A DNA stretch of 64,000 nucleotides from positions 8,708 through 72,707 of the IMG/VR virus record IMGVR_UViG_3300035498_000327; one strand, 5' to 3'. Position 1 is the first letter of the stretch, and each line of letters begins with the position of its first letter. Under the pieces are notes generated by a model, which was not told the DNA's origin, ran no database searches, and saw only the letters and a program-made list of their open reading frames with translations. Both the position numbers and the translations under genes were made by a program. Of the stretch, positions 1 to 9,857 are shown piece by piece. This stretch comes from a virus. Taxonomy: Duplodnaviria > Caudoviricetes.

Positions 1-42
1 TGATAAGTCTAAGCTTAAAGATCCGGTATTTGAATGATACAA

Positions 43-74
43 TGGAGGTGTACTTATAGTCTAGTACACCTCCA
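43..74 (+). terminator. intergenic hairpin, likely intrinsic terminator
   Basis: TGGAGGTGTACT / AGTACACCTCCA inverted repeat. Confidence 0.55.
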
Positions 75-92
75 CTAATACTGCTTAGTATG

Positions 93-102
93 ATAAACTA
101 TA
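93..102 (+). promoter_or_regulatory. candidate early promoter ATAWAYTATA
   Basis: ATAAACTATA; motif recurs in about 10 intergenic regions. Confidence 0.45.
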
Positions 103-137
103 GAAGCGATGTAAATATCTATAATTACAAGCATCAA

Positions 138-149
138 AACAATTTATTA
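138..149 (+). promoter_or_regulatory. late-type promoter AACA-N6-TA
   Basis: AACA ATTTAT TA(A) upstream of ORF 204. Confidence 0.55.
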
Positions 150-203
150 AAATCATGTATAGGCTAAGATGCCTACATGAAGAGTTTAAAGGAGGAAAGA
201 GAT

Positions 204-1046
204 ATGGCACTTGGAAGCGAAAACACTTATGGGAACAACGGCAACAACAAAAAGGTGTTTGATCCTACTTACTATAGTAGAATCAGAATCAAGAACAGAG
301 ACAAGAAGGCATTGGACTTCAACTACAGTCGGGGGCTGCTTAAGGTTATCCTCTCAGAAGAGAGAGATAACTACAGATATGAGGATATGACTTATATCAC
401 TATTAGTCCAACTAAAGCAAGACTTTTGATTGACCAGCTTGAAACATTCATCGGCAGAATGAAGAGCGGTGAGCCTATTGATCCTAAGGAAGGAGTCGGT
501 ATCAACAGCGGTATTGGTGAGACCGTAAACTTCTTAATCTTTAAAGTAACTGGAAATAGACCTGATGTGCCGGAGCATTCTATCGTAATGGGTAAGATCA
601 GCCAGAACGGCATCGTGGAGTGCAGCTATGAGTTTGTCTTCAACGTAGACTATGATTTCAGTCTGCATTGGAGAGATGTAGACTCTATGGATGTAGAGAA
701 ACAGATAGACCAGTTTATGGGAATCAAGATGTTCTTGGGAGTACTTAAGGAGTTTGCAAACAGCTCGTCCGGAGCAATCGGTGCTTCTGTATGGGATACC
801 GGAAGGTATGAGGTAAACAGACTCTCCAAGAAGATTGACCCGATCTACAACAAGCTTGGGATTGAGATATCCCACGGTAATAGGGAGAGAGACAGAGCAG
901 ACATGGGTTCTGCATCTGAGAACTTCTTCACGAGACAGAGCTCATCTTACAGTAACCAGAACTCTCAGTCTAACCACAAGTCCTATACGGAGATTGAGGG
1001 AATTCTTTCTGATGATGAGTATGGTGATATGCCTGAGGAGGACTAA
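204..1046 (+). CDS. hypothetical protein, possibly ssDNA-binding protein
   Basis: AAGGAGG RBS precedes ATG at 204; beta-rich core, flexible S/N/Q linker and acidic tail (DDEYGDMPEED). Function is inference. Confidence 0.4.
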   Translation: MALGSENTYGNNGNNKKVFDPTYYSRIRIKNRDKKALDFNYSRGLLKVILSEERDNYRYEDMTYITISPTKARLLIDQLETFIGRMKSGEPIDPKEGVGINSGIGETVNFLIFKVTGNRPDVPEHSIVMGKISQNGIVECSYEFVFNVDYDFSLHWRDVDSMDVEKQIDQFMGIKMFLGVLKEFANSSSGAIGASVWDTGRYEVNRLSKKIDPIYNKLGIEISHGNRERDRADMGSASENFFTRQSSSYSNQNSQSNHKSYTEIEGILSDDEYGDMPEED

Positions 1047-1048
1047 TA

Positions 1049-1738
1049 ATGGTTAGATCCATACTTCCAGGCAGTGGGAATACAGGGGGGTTAATGACTC
1101 CCCTTATCCCATTCAATGTAATAGTAGATACAGACGAGGGTTTACTAAGGGTAATATACAAGTACTATATGGATAGTACAATCTTCAATAGAAGTTTCTT
1201 TGAAGGCCATACCATAAATTCATTAGCACAAGCATTGTATGAACGTGAAATGGAAAACCCACTGTATCTATGCATCAATGATGAGTATAAGGACTCATGT
1301 GATAGCCTCTACAAGGAGTTCATGGAAACCAAGTATGAGACTATCCTAGATTGGTCTGTAATCACAGAAATATATAGACTTATCAGACTCTTTAACAATG
1401 AGCCAGATATTAAGTTGACTATAGTATGTGAAAGACAAGAAGAAGTAGACTGTCTCAGGGCTTCAAAAGAGACTAAGGATTGTAAGATTATCCTTAGTGA
1501 CTCTCTTAAGCCTGAGACTATAAAATCATTCAACCAATTCTTTTTTAAGAGTATAGGCGATGCTATACCTTATACGAAGTATTTGACTGGTAAGACGATC
1601 TACTTTTCCAACTATACATTCAATTCTAAGGCTGGAGAGAATGATCCTATACTGGCTATACTGTCTGAGAACAATGTAGTCAATTTTATTGATGTATTTA
1701 GATTTGACAAAGGAGATAAATCCGTTGAAGACGAGTAA
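1049..1738 (+). CDS. hypothetical protein (weak HAD-like N-terminus)
   Basis: 229-aa ORF in operon; FNVIVDTDEG is only a degenerate HAD motif. Confidence 0.5.
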   Translation: MVRSILPGSGNTGGLMTPLIPFNVIVDTDEGLLRVIYKYYMDSTIFNRSFFEGHTINSLAQALYEREMENPLYLCINDEYKDSCDSLYKEFMETKYETILDWSVITEIYRLIRLFNNEPDIKLTIVCERQEEVDCLRASKETKDCKIILSDSLKPETIKSFNQFFFKSIGDAIPYTKYLTGKTIYFSNYTFNSKAGENDPILAILSENNVVNFIDVFRFDKGDKSVEDE

Positions 1739-3599
1739 AGAGAAGTATGATTTGATGTGTTTAAATTTGGTAAAGGAGATGACACGGTTGAAGTTAAGCA
1801 AAGAGAAGTATGATTTTACACAGGAGTACAAGACACATATGCCTCATACTGTATCGACTGTTGTAGATACTAATCGGGACAATGTAGTGCCCAGGGAAAA
1901 GCTTCAGTCTATTTATATTAAGACGCTTAATACCATCGCAGGATACTTGGCCAACACGTTTGGTCCTATGGGTTCAAACACGAAGCTTATCCGAGGAAAC
2001 AATGCTGAGACTATTGTGTCCGAGTACACTAAGGATGGACATAATGTACTCAAACATATTCTGTTCTCTAACCCAATTGAGATGTCTATCCAAGCTGAGA
2101 TGGTAGATATCACTCATCATGTAGAACATGAGGTAGGAGACGGTACTACATCAGCAGTTATCCTGGCTTCCAAGATCTACAAGTATATTGCCGATCTTAT
2201 GGAAGATGAGAAGGTGCAACCCTATGACGTTATTTATGCTTTCAAGAGGGTTGTAAAGATGATCCAGGAAGAGATCATCGCTAATGGTAGAGAGGCTACG
2301 TTAGAAGACATCTACGATATCTGTATGATTTCTACTAACGGCAATGAAGAGGTATCTCAGAACATCAAGAATATCTATGAGAAATACGGGATGGATGTAT
2401 CTATCGATGTTTCCATCTCTACAACAAACGACAGTATGATTAAGGTGTACGATGGGCTTACTATCACAGAAGGTTACTCTGATCCGGCATATATCAACAA
2501 CACTAAAGATGCTACGGCAGAGATACATAATGCGCAGATCTATGCTTTCATGGACCCCATTGATACAATGGAAATGATATCTCTGTTTGAGAAGATCGTA
2601 ATGAACAATATCATCGAGCCGCTGCAGGCAAACGAGATGTGTGTTCCTACAGTAATCATTTCTCCTAAGATGAGTAGGGATATGAGTTCACTTATGCAGA
2701 CAGTTATTGAGTACATGCACCAGGCAGCAGACAATCAGAAACCGCCTCTGCTTGTTATCACAGATATCATCGGCACAGATGAAGGAATCTATCTTGACAT
2801 CGCTAGACTCTGCGGGTGCAAGTATATCAGAAAGTATATTGACCCGGAGATTCAGAAAGCAGATGAAGCAAAAGGATTAGCTGCTAACCTGGAGAATGTA
2901 TGCAGCTTTGCTGGCTCAGCAGAGTTAGTAGTTTCCGATGTAGGAAAGACTAAGTTCATCAATCCATCTAAGATGATGGATGAGAATGGAGAGCCCTCTA
3001 AGGACTATACAGCTTTAATCAACTTCCTTCAATCAGAGTTAAACAATGCAAGAGCTAACGGTGAAGATTCCCGGGCAGTGGGAAGCTTAAGAAAGAGATT
3101 ACGCTCACTCCAGGCTAATATGGTAGAGTACCTTGTCGGAGGTATTACTATCGCAGACAGAGATGCTGACCGTGACCTTGTAGTAGATGCAGTAAAGAAC
3201 TGTGCTTCAGCAGTAGAGAACGGTGTAGGATACGCAGCTAACTTTGAAGGATTAGTTGCTTCCCTTGACGTATATGATGATCTCTTATCAAAAGATGGAG
3301 ATACTTATGATGAGTTTCACCTGGAGACTAAGCTGGCTATCTTTATCTTCTTGTCTTACTTTGATACTCTTGAGCTGCTTTACGGTACAGTATTCCGTGA
3401 AAGCGAAGTAGAAGATAAAGTAATACAGTCCATCAATACCGGTATGCCTATCAACCTTAGGACAGGTGAATTTTCCGACACTGTAAAGACATCTATCATG
3501 ACGGATGTAAAGATACTTGAGGCTATATCTAAGCTTATAACGATTATGGGTACGTCCAATCAATGCCTGCTTCAAGCGCCACAACTCAATACTTACTAA
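1689..3599 (+). CDS. groEL: phage chaperonin (GroEL/Cpn60-like)
   Basis: TFGPMG, TKDGHNVLK and VGDGTTSAVILA motifs; true start probably 1839 (MPHTV). Confidence 0.9.
   Translation: MMYLDLTKEINPLKTSKEKYDLMCLNLVKEMTRLKLSKEKYDFTQEYKTHMPHTVSTVVDTNRDNVVPREKLQSIYIKTLNTIAGYLANTFGPMGSNTKLIRGNNAETIVSEYTKDGHNVLKHILFSNPIEMSIQAEMVDITHHVEHEVGDGTTSAVILASKIYKYIADLMEDEKVQPYDVIYAFKRVVKMIQEEIIANGREATLEDIYDICMISTNGNEEVSQNIKNIYEKYGMDVSIDVSISTTNDSMIKVYDGLTITEGYSDPAYINNTKDATAEIHNAQIYAFMDPIDTMEMISLFEKIVMNNIIEPLQANEMCVPTVIISPKMSRDMSSLMQTVIEYMHQAADNQKPPLLVITDIIGTDEGIYLDIARLCGCKYIRKYIDPEIQKADEAKGLAANLENVCSFAGSAELVVSDVGKTKFINPSKMMDENGEPSKDYTALINFLQSELNNARANGEDSRAVGSLRKRLRSLQANMVEYLVGGITIADRDADRDLVVDAVKNCASAVENGVGYAANFEGLVASLDVYDDLLSKDGDTYDEFHLETKLAIFIFLSYFDTLELLYGTVFRESEVEDKVIQSINTGMPINLRTGEFSDTVKTSIMTDVKILEAISKLITIMGTSNQCLLQAPQLNTY
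1691..1816 (+). repeat. 63-bp imperfect tandem duplication
   Basis: 1691-1753 and 1754-1816 both begin GATGT and end AAAGAGAAGTATGATTT. Confidence 0.85.
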
Positions 3600-3644
3600 A
3601 AGTAAGTCTTGGTTGCCATATAACTTTCTCCCAAAATCAGACAA

Positions 3645-3672
3645 GGTACTGCGGGTATAATCTCGCAGTACC
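3645..3672 (+). terminator. intrinsic terminator-like hairpin
   Basis: GGTACTGCG / CGCAGTACC after chaperonin. Confidence 0.6.
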
Positions 3673-3717
3673 GAGTCAACTCAGAAGTAATATTTCATGT
3701 GGAAAGGGAGATAGCGT

Positions 3718-4500
3718 ATGACATTTGACGAATACATTACGAATCCTATGGGAAAAAGTAATGCAGTATTGTCCGCTGCAGTTAGAGAAGCTCAGGGAAG
3801 GATATACTCCAACAAGTTCAACAATGTTCTGCTTAGGGAGAATGGAAGGATTGACTACTATATCTATAAGAGTAAGAGTGACGCTTACTGGGTACATGTC
3901 AAAGTACCCTCAGAGGTAGTTAAGAACTTCTACTACGACGTAGTAATGAAGTTTACTGGCAATGCTAAGCTTGGGGCAACATCTGCTGGTTTAGACAAGT
4001 ATCAAGTGGAGTTTTACTCTAATGACCCTGCTTTTGTTTATACCTATGCTCATGTGTTTTCGAAGAAGGGGCTGTTCATAAAAGAGCTGTCCTCTAAGAT
4101 GTCTAAGAAGGCACTAAAGACCCCTGCAAGGGAAAAGAACCCAGAGAACACAGTGGGGTATGTGAAGAGTCTATACTTTGCATATCTCTTTATGAAGAAT
4201 AGAGGGCTCTTTAGTAAGATTAAGTACGTCGGTGCTCCTGACTTGGATATGAGGTATCTTTTGTCTCAAATAGAGGATGCAGATACGAAGATACAGAAAA
4301 GACAAGATGAAGGAGCGAAGATATCACAAAGAAAGAAAGTCACCATATCCAAAGATGACTATAGAAGACTCAAAGGACGTGGTGTCTCCGATGATTCTCT
4401 GACTGGATTTAATGTGGCAACTACCAACAAAGTTGGTGTGGTTAAGAACTCGGCAATCAATAAAAGCGTTAAGAGGACTAAATCCGTAAAAAGGTTCTAA
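3718..4500 (+). CDS. hypothetical protein, basic C-terminus
   Basis: 260-aa ORF with RBS. Confidence 0.7.
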   Translation: MTFDEYITNPMGKSNAVLSAAVREAQGRIYSNKFNNVLLRENGRIDYYIYKSKSDAYWVHVKVPSEVVKNFYYDVVMKFTGNAKLGATSAGLDKYQVEFYSNDPAFVYTYAHVFSKKGLFIKELSSKMSKKALKTPAREKNPENTVGYVKSLYFAYLFMKNRGLFSKIKYVGAPDLDMRYLLSQIEDADTKIQKRQDEGAKISQRKKVTISKDDYRRLKGRGVSDDSLTGFNVATTNKVGVVKNSAINKSVKRTKSVKRF

Positions 4501-4504
4501 AGTT

Positions 4505-4514
4505 ATAAACTATA
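4505..4514 (+). promoter_or_regulatory. candidate early promoter ATAWAYTATA
   Basis: ATAAACTATA before RBS of 4547. Confidence 0.5.
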
Positions 4515-4546
4515 TACACGAATCTTTGTAAGGAGGATGTTACGAT

Positions 4547-6061
4547 ATGCAACCAATTAATATCATTAAAGACGATCAACCATATCAGAGACCTGAGTTT
4601 ATAGACGACTGGGTTCCTGAACCGGCTAATGTAATATTCAAGAATGTAAAGCGCTATTTCATAGCGCCAGTGTCCTCGTTCTGGAGGACAGAGCAGAATG
4701 TCGGACTAGATATGTTCGACTTGACTACTAAGAAATGCTATAACTCTCAGGAGATGAGGGACCATATGTGTCATTACCTCAACTACTTCGAGAGGTTTTA
4801 TGATCAAGAGAAAGAGTATCTGACCATCCTATGTAGAATCAAGTTCATGATAGGATATGGTAACGGGTACAACGTAAACAGCTTTATATACGACATAAGA
4901 CGATACATATTGACTGATTCAATCATAAAGAAAGTGAACTCTATGGTTGATGACAATTATCGTCTTGCGTTGAACTACAATTCCATCAACAATCCGGCGT
5001 TGCAGTATACAGATGATCACGCTAAGATGCTGATGACAATGAGTGTGTTAATGAACATGGTAATACCTTTGTTGACGCACTTCGCTTATGCAAACAAGAT
5101 AACCGATATCGACAGCTTCTTATTAGAGGTGTATGACTACATCATCTATATATATCCTGATGTCGATATTTATAGCAAGATGTATGAAACATGTATCACT
5201 AATGTCTCTAAAAACGAGCAGAGAAACAAAGGATTGTGGATTAAGCAAGATATCAGAGGGTTAGACACTGTTATTCATAGTGATAACTCTCTTGACAACA
5301 TTGTCTTGAATATCATGCCGAAGTATACGTTCAAAAGAAACGTTATCAACTTCAACTTCACATCCATAAACAATAACACAGGATTCCAGATCATAGATAT
5401 AGAGTATGAATACTCTTATGTACCATTATCAAGTTCTAAACGTGATGAAGATAGCACAAGTGAGTTCGACAAATTTGAGGCTACACTCACGAAACAGAAC
5501 GAACAGATATATCTACAGAATAAGGTAAACTGCTTTGGTACAAATTCAGTAATAGAATCTGTCTATGGTCCATTTGATGACAATGAGGTAAGGTTCTATA
5601 TAAACGAATTGTCAGATGATGAAGGAAACTGTGTCAATGGATTCCAGAGGCAACTTATCTTCAATATCTTCTATAAGTATTTTGGAGATAGTAGTAGCAT
5701 CAATGCTATCAATAAGGTTGACTATATCAAACTTATGATTGCGGCGAGAAAGATTCTACAGAGTCAGTATATGGTAGTGTTACCATATATAGTATCATCT
5801 AAGATAGAAAAATTAGTAGGCCGAAAGACAGTCAACAAGAAAGAGATGACTAAGCTTGAGGCTTCTAAGTACTATCCGATGGTGGTACAGAAGTATCAGA
5901 ACGAAAAAATAATAAGGCAGATTCTGTCAACTATAGCGACTATAATCTCATCTGATTTCAGAATTGTAGACTTCCACGATTTAGAGATCAATGGCCGTAT
6001 GATAGAAACCGTGCCAGATATGATCATCGAGGAATACTTGATGTATACCTTACTAATCTAA
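4547..6061 (+). CDS. candidate sigma-like promoter-specificity subunit of non-virion RNAP (AR9 gp226 / phiKZ gp68-like)
   Basis: 504-aa helical protein two genes from the chaperonin, as recalled for AR9 gp226/gp228; AR9-type promoters are present in the window. Not homology-verified. Confidence 0.45.
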   Translation: MQPINIIKDDQPYQRPEFIDDWVPEPANVIFKNVKRYFIAPVSSFWRTEQNVGLDMFDLTTKKCYNSQEMRDHMCHYLNYFERFYDQEKEYLTILCRIKFMIGYGNGYNVNSFIYDIRRYILTDSIIKKVNSMVDDNYRLALNYNSINNPALQYTDDHAKMLMTMSVLMNMVIPLLTHFAYANKITDIDSFLLEVYDYIIYIYPDVDIYSKMYETCITNVSKNEQRNKGLWIKQDIRGLDTVIHSDNSLDNIVLNIMPKYTFKRNVINFNFTSINNNTGFQIIDIEYEYSYVPLSSSKRDEDSTSEFDKFEATLTKQNEQIYLQNKVNCFGTNSVIESVYGPFDDNEVRFYINELSDDEGNCVNGFQRQLIFNIFYKYFGDSSSINAINKVDYIKLMIAARKILQSQYMVVLPYIVSSKIEKLVGRKTVNKKEMTKLEASKYYPMVVQKYQNEKIIRQILSTIATIISSDFRIVDFHDLEINGRMIETVPDMIIEEYLMYTLLI

Positions 6062-6077
6062 AGGACAAAAGAAGATA

Positions 6078-6431
6078 GTGTGGGAGGTAAAGTATACTTC
6101 CCACACTATTAAGGGGGAATGTGATATGATTAAATTCTACTGCGCATGTTTTATGATAGCTGCAGTATGCTTAGCAGTACACTATATGTACTGTAAGATT
6201 AGAGACCTAGATAGGACTAACAGTAATTTTCCGGCGTTTATAGGGGCTATGTTTGTCAGTATAGGTCTAGTGCTCTGTGCGTTAAAGACAGTCACTTTTT
6301 TCAATGATTTCATCCTATATGGGATAAGCTCCTTGTTTGGTTACTTTGTAGACATACTGAAACTTGTATATATAGGCTTCTTTGGATACATACTAATCAT
6401 GATATACTTGGAGGAGAAAAATGAAGAATAA
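6078..6431 (+). CDS. small membrane protein
   Basis: three hydrophobic segments. Confidence 0.55.
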   Translation: MWEVKYTSHTIKGECDMIKFYCACFMIAAVCLAVHYMYCKIRDLDRTNSNFPAFIGAMFVSIGLVLCALKTVTFFNDFILYGISSLFGYFVDILKLVYIGFFGYILIMIYLEEKNEE

Positions 6432-6663
6432 GAAAGTGTTCGGTTTATACCTGGTGCTGAATATAGCATCAGGATTACTGGCTATAGTGAGTATTATATA
6501 CTTGATGTGTACACTACTCACAGAAGAAGGACTAAGCACAATACATATGCTACAGAAGATAGCTCTAATATCTTTTATAGTGATATGCTCATGTTTCATC
6601 AACTGGTTCACACTAGTTATAATAAAGATGCTAAGAAAGGATGACGACTGTAATGAGCGGTGA
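6421..6663 (+). CDS. small membrane protein (holin-like topology)
   Basis: two hydrophobic segments, RBS GGAGGAG. Confidence 0.5.
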   Translation: MKNKKVFGLYLVLNIASGLLAIVSIIYLMCTLLTEEGLSTIHMLQKIALISFIVICSCFINWFTLVIIKMLRKDDDCNER

Positions 6664-6729
6664 CGATATAAGATTCTTAATAGCGTTTGCTCTCACACTA
6701 GTTGTACTTTACATTATAAACAGAGATAG

Positions 6730-6755
6730 AGCCTAGGGGTTTAATCTCCTAGGCT
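6730..6755 (+). terminator. intrinsic terminator
   Basis: AGCCTAGG / CCTAGGCT followed by TTT. Confidence 0.6.
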
Positions 6756-6769
6756 TTTGAGGTGATAAT

Positions 6770-7831
6770 ATGAATAACAATACTTTTTTACTTGGGGAGA
6801 AGTTTAAGCAGTACTTCCTAAGCGCTGTGCCTAGTGCTAGACTTGCTTCAGGAGGTAAAGAAATAAACTGTAGGTGTTTTGAATGTGGAGACTCTAGAAA
6901 GAGTCAGAAGTCTAGGCATATGTATCTCAGTATGCCTACTGAAAAAGATCCAGGATTCTATTACTGCCATCTATGTAATTGCTTTGGAGCTATATCATAT
7001 CGGAAGTTAATAGACTGGAGTATATTCGATGCAGACTTAGCAAATGAGTTGTTGATACACAACTCTGTAGTTACTGGATCTGTGAAATATAGAAAGATTC
7101 AACATGGTAAAGCATTCAGAGTCTATAACGATTACATCAAGAATGATCAACTCTCTATGGAGAAAAAGATCTATATCAATAATAGACTCGGGACTAATCT
7201 TACAGATAAGGATTTCATGCAACTCAAGATAGTCATCAATCTAAATGACTTACTTGAAAGGAATCATATCACTACTTACACTAGAGATGTAGGTATAGTA
7301 TCAGACTTAGATAAGGCCTTTGTTGGATTCTTATCATTGGACAATGGATTCGTTACACTAAGGAAACTTGATGACAGAATGGTATATAAGAGCATAGATT
7401 CTAGGTATGTGAACTATCGTATATTCGATAAGTCAGATACCTCAGAAAGATTCTATGTGGTACCACAAGTCATAGACCTCTTACAACCGCAGAGGATCAA
7501 GCTTCATATAGCAGAGGGAGCTTTTGATATACTCTCTATCTATCTCAATGTAAGAAAGAGAGAACCTGGTATATATGCTACTGTGTCTGGCTCTAATTAT
7601 TCATCTATCATATCATACTTCATGATTGAAAAGCAGCTTCCTAATCTTGAGGTGCATCTGTATCCAGATAATGATCAGAAGCAGTGGAAGATGGATAGAA
7701 TCATTAGAGAGTATTATCCATACCAGATTCCTATATACATCCATAGGAACGTAGCTCCTAATGAGAAGGACTTTGGTGTATCACCAGATAGAATCAAAGA
7801 AACAGTGTGGAAGGCCAACAACTGGGTATAA
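6770..7831 (+). CDS. dnaG: DNA primase (Zn finger + Toprim)
   Basis: CFECGDS...CHLC zinc finger; AEGAFD and YPDND Toprim motifs. Confidence 0.85.
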   Translation: MNNNTFLLGEKFKQYFLSAVPSARLASGGKEINCRCFECGDSRKSQKSRHMYLSMPTEKDPGFYYCHLCNCFGAISYRKLIDWSIFDADLANELLIHNSVVTGSVKYRKIQHGKAFRVYNDYIKNDQLSMEKKIYINNRLGTNLTDKDFMQLKIVINLNDLLERNHITTYTRDVGIVSDLDKAFVGFLSLDNGFVTLRKLDDRMVYKSIDSRYVNYRIFDKSDTSERFYVVPQVIDLLQPQRIKLHIAEGAFDILSIYLNVRKREPGIYATVSGSNYSSIISYFMIEKQLPNLEVHLYPDNDQKQWKMDRIIREYYPYQIPIYIHRNVAPNEKDFGVSPDRIKETVWKANNWV

Positions 7832-7842
7832 TAGCCTAGCTC

Positions 7843-7854
7843 AACATCAATATA
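7843..7854 (+). promoter_or_regulatory. late promoter AACA-N6-TA
   Basis: AACA TCAATA TA(A). Confidence 0.65.
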
Positions 7855-7879
7855 ATTTGATGAAAGGAGTGATTATCGT

Positions 7880-9103
7880 ATGGGGAAGTTTATAAACACA
7901 GAGTATAAGCAAACTATAGAAGGTTTAACTTCTATGTCTACAGACTTGCTTAACAACAATCTGTATAAGTTTAACGATAAGAAACCCACTAAGGTTAGGT
8001 ATTGGAATATAAATAAAGATAAATCTACATTGGACCAGGGTTCTAAGCTTGCTATGGATGAGATAGGTGATGAGTCACCACTCCGGTTTAATCAGATCGA
8101 TGACTTATTCTTATTCGGTATACCTAGAATGGAACTTAACTTTGAATTTGGAGACTTCGGCCTGGAAGCAGAAGAGATCAATGGGGAGTGCTTTATGATG
8201 CCTAATATCATAGAGCCTACCCCAGGAGACTTCTTCCAGATAGACTACATTCCTGAAGGGTATTTGTTTAAGGTAACTGGAGTAGATAGAGATACTTTTG
8301 TTACCGGTTCTACTGTATGGAAGATAGCCTATAAGCTTGACCGTATTAGTGACATAGATATCAAGAAGAATGTGGTAGAAGAGTTCATAGCTATAGATAC
8401 ACAGCAGGGTACTAACTTCAGAACTGTAGTAGGAAAGAAGAGTTATCTTAAGGCAGTAGAGTTAGATGAGCTTGGAGCTCGTCTTAAGAAGTACTACATC
8501 GATTTATTTTTTAGCGATCCGGTGCAGACTTTCATCTACAAGTATCTGAATGAGTCTAATATGTATGATCCATTCTTGATTGAGTTCATCATAAGGAATG
8601 GTATACTTATCAACTCTAGCTCTAAGTATGTACATGTAGAGCATCAGACTCCTCTGTCTAACACGTTTGCTATAGACTACGATAACTCTCTCTATAGAGC
8701 ATTCGAGACTATGTCTATAGATAAACTCGTATCTTCTGTCTATGTATGTCAGGCCAAGTGTATCACTAGTATGATTAGTGTATTCTATTCAAGATATGAG
8801 GATTACTTCGAATTGGATTATAAGCCTCTAAATGGTGTAGCTCCTGGGCCATTTAACTCTAGAGACTATATAGAGGTATTCCCACAGGACTTAGTGTATG
8901 CTATACAGGACAATACAGAGATAGTAGAAGAAGGTAAGGAGTACCAGAATATCTTCGTAAAGTACTTCCATGGTCAGGATATAGACAGGGAAGATTTAGA
9001 GCATATCAACAAAATTAAGTATGATGACGCTAAAGAAATCTACTATATGCTCCCATTGATCATATTTACGTTAGAATATTACACGAAAAAGCTGCTAAGT
9101 TAA
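7880..9103 (+). CDS. hypothetical, probable virion structural protein
   Basis: 407 aa, late promoter directly upstream. Confidence 0.55.
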   Translation: MGKFINTEYKQTIEGLTSMSTDLLNNNLYKFNDKKPTKVRYWNINKDKSTLDQGSKLAMDEIGDESPLRFNQIDDLFLFGIPRMELNFEFGDFGLEAEEINGECFMMPNIIEPTPGDFFQIDYIPEGYLFKVTGVDRDTFVTGSTVWKIAYKLDRISDIDIKKNVVEEFIAIDTQQGTNFRTVVGKKSYLKAVELDELGARLKKYYIDLFFSDPVQTFIYKYLNESNMYDPFLIEFIIRNGILINSSSKYVHVEHQTPLSNTFAIDYDNSLYRAFETMSIDKLVSSVYVCQAKCITSMISVFYSRYEDYFELDYKPLNGVAPGPFNSRDYIEVFPQDLVYAIQDNTEIVEEGKEYQNIFVKYFHGQDIDREDLEHINKIKYDDAKEIYYMLPLIIFTLEYYTKKLLS

Positions 9104-9113
9104 CATAACTGTA
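9102..9113 (+). promoter_or_regulatory. late promoter AACA-N6-TA
   Basis: AACA TAACTG TA(A). Confidence 0.65.
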
Positions 9114-9173
9114 AAATCCAGAGGGTTTATAGAACCCTTTTAGGACGATCTTTAAATCCAGAAGGAGGTAATA

Positions 9174-9836
9174 ATGATGAGTGATTTTCAGTCCGTTTTT
9201 GATCACGCTGGAGAAGTAGAAGATGAATTCGATGCTATCTTTGGCGGTAATGAGGATGGAGAATTGATTGATGCTTGCTGCGGCTTTAATGAAGCAGGTG
9301 AGTGTGAAACAGATTTTGACGAGCTGCATCAGACAGAAGGCGATGCTGAGCCGGATGATTTCGAAGACGATCTTCGTGTAGATGACCCAACAGACAACGC
9401 GCCTAGTGGAGCAGAAGGTACAGATTCTGACCCGGCTATCGATTTGGCTTTGGGTGAATGTGATGAGTTCAGCGATGTAGGTAAGCCAGGCAAGACAGAT
9501 GCCGATGACTTCTACAGCGATTACAATGAGCCGGAAAAGGATTCCGCTTTGACCGGAGAAGGCCGCGATGTCAATATGGATAACGAAGACATCGAAGGTG
9601 AGTTCGACAAGATTGCCGAAATGGCTTGCGGAGGTAGCTATTTTTTTGAGGGTTCCTGCCGGGAAGACGGAGAAGAGTCCAGTGAAGACTTGGATGTAAA
9701 TGACGATATGGACTCTGTAATGGATGGCATCGATGGCGGGGACTCAGAAGATGATTCAGTTGATGAAGCTGCTGATGATTATGAAGAAGGAGATTCCGAT
9801 CTTGTGGACCTGGTAGCAGGAAACCACGAAGAGTAA
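9174..9836 (+). CDS. highly acidic hypothetical protein
   Basis: D/E-rich 220 aa, AGGAGG RBS, late promoter. Confidence 0.75.
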   Translation: MMSDFQSVFDHAGEVEDEFDAIFGGNEDGELIDACCGFNEAGECETDFDELHQTEGDAEPDDFEDDLRVDDPTDNAPSGAEGTDSDPAIDLALGECDEFSDVGKPGKTDADDFYSDYNEPEKDSALTGEGRDVNMDNEDIEGEFDKIAEMACGGSYFFEGSCREDGEESSEDLDVNDDMDSVMDGIDGGDSEDDSVDEAADDYEEGDSDLVDLVAGNHEE

Positions 9837-9857
9837 GGAATAAAGGAGGTAATTGTC

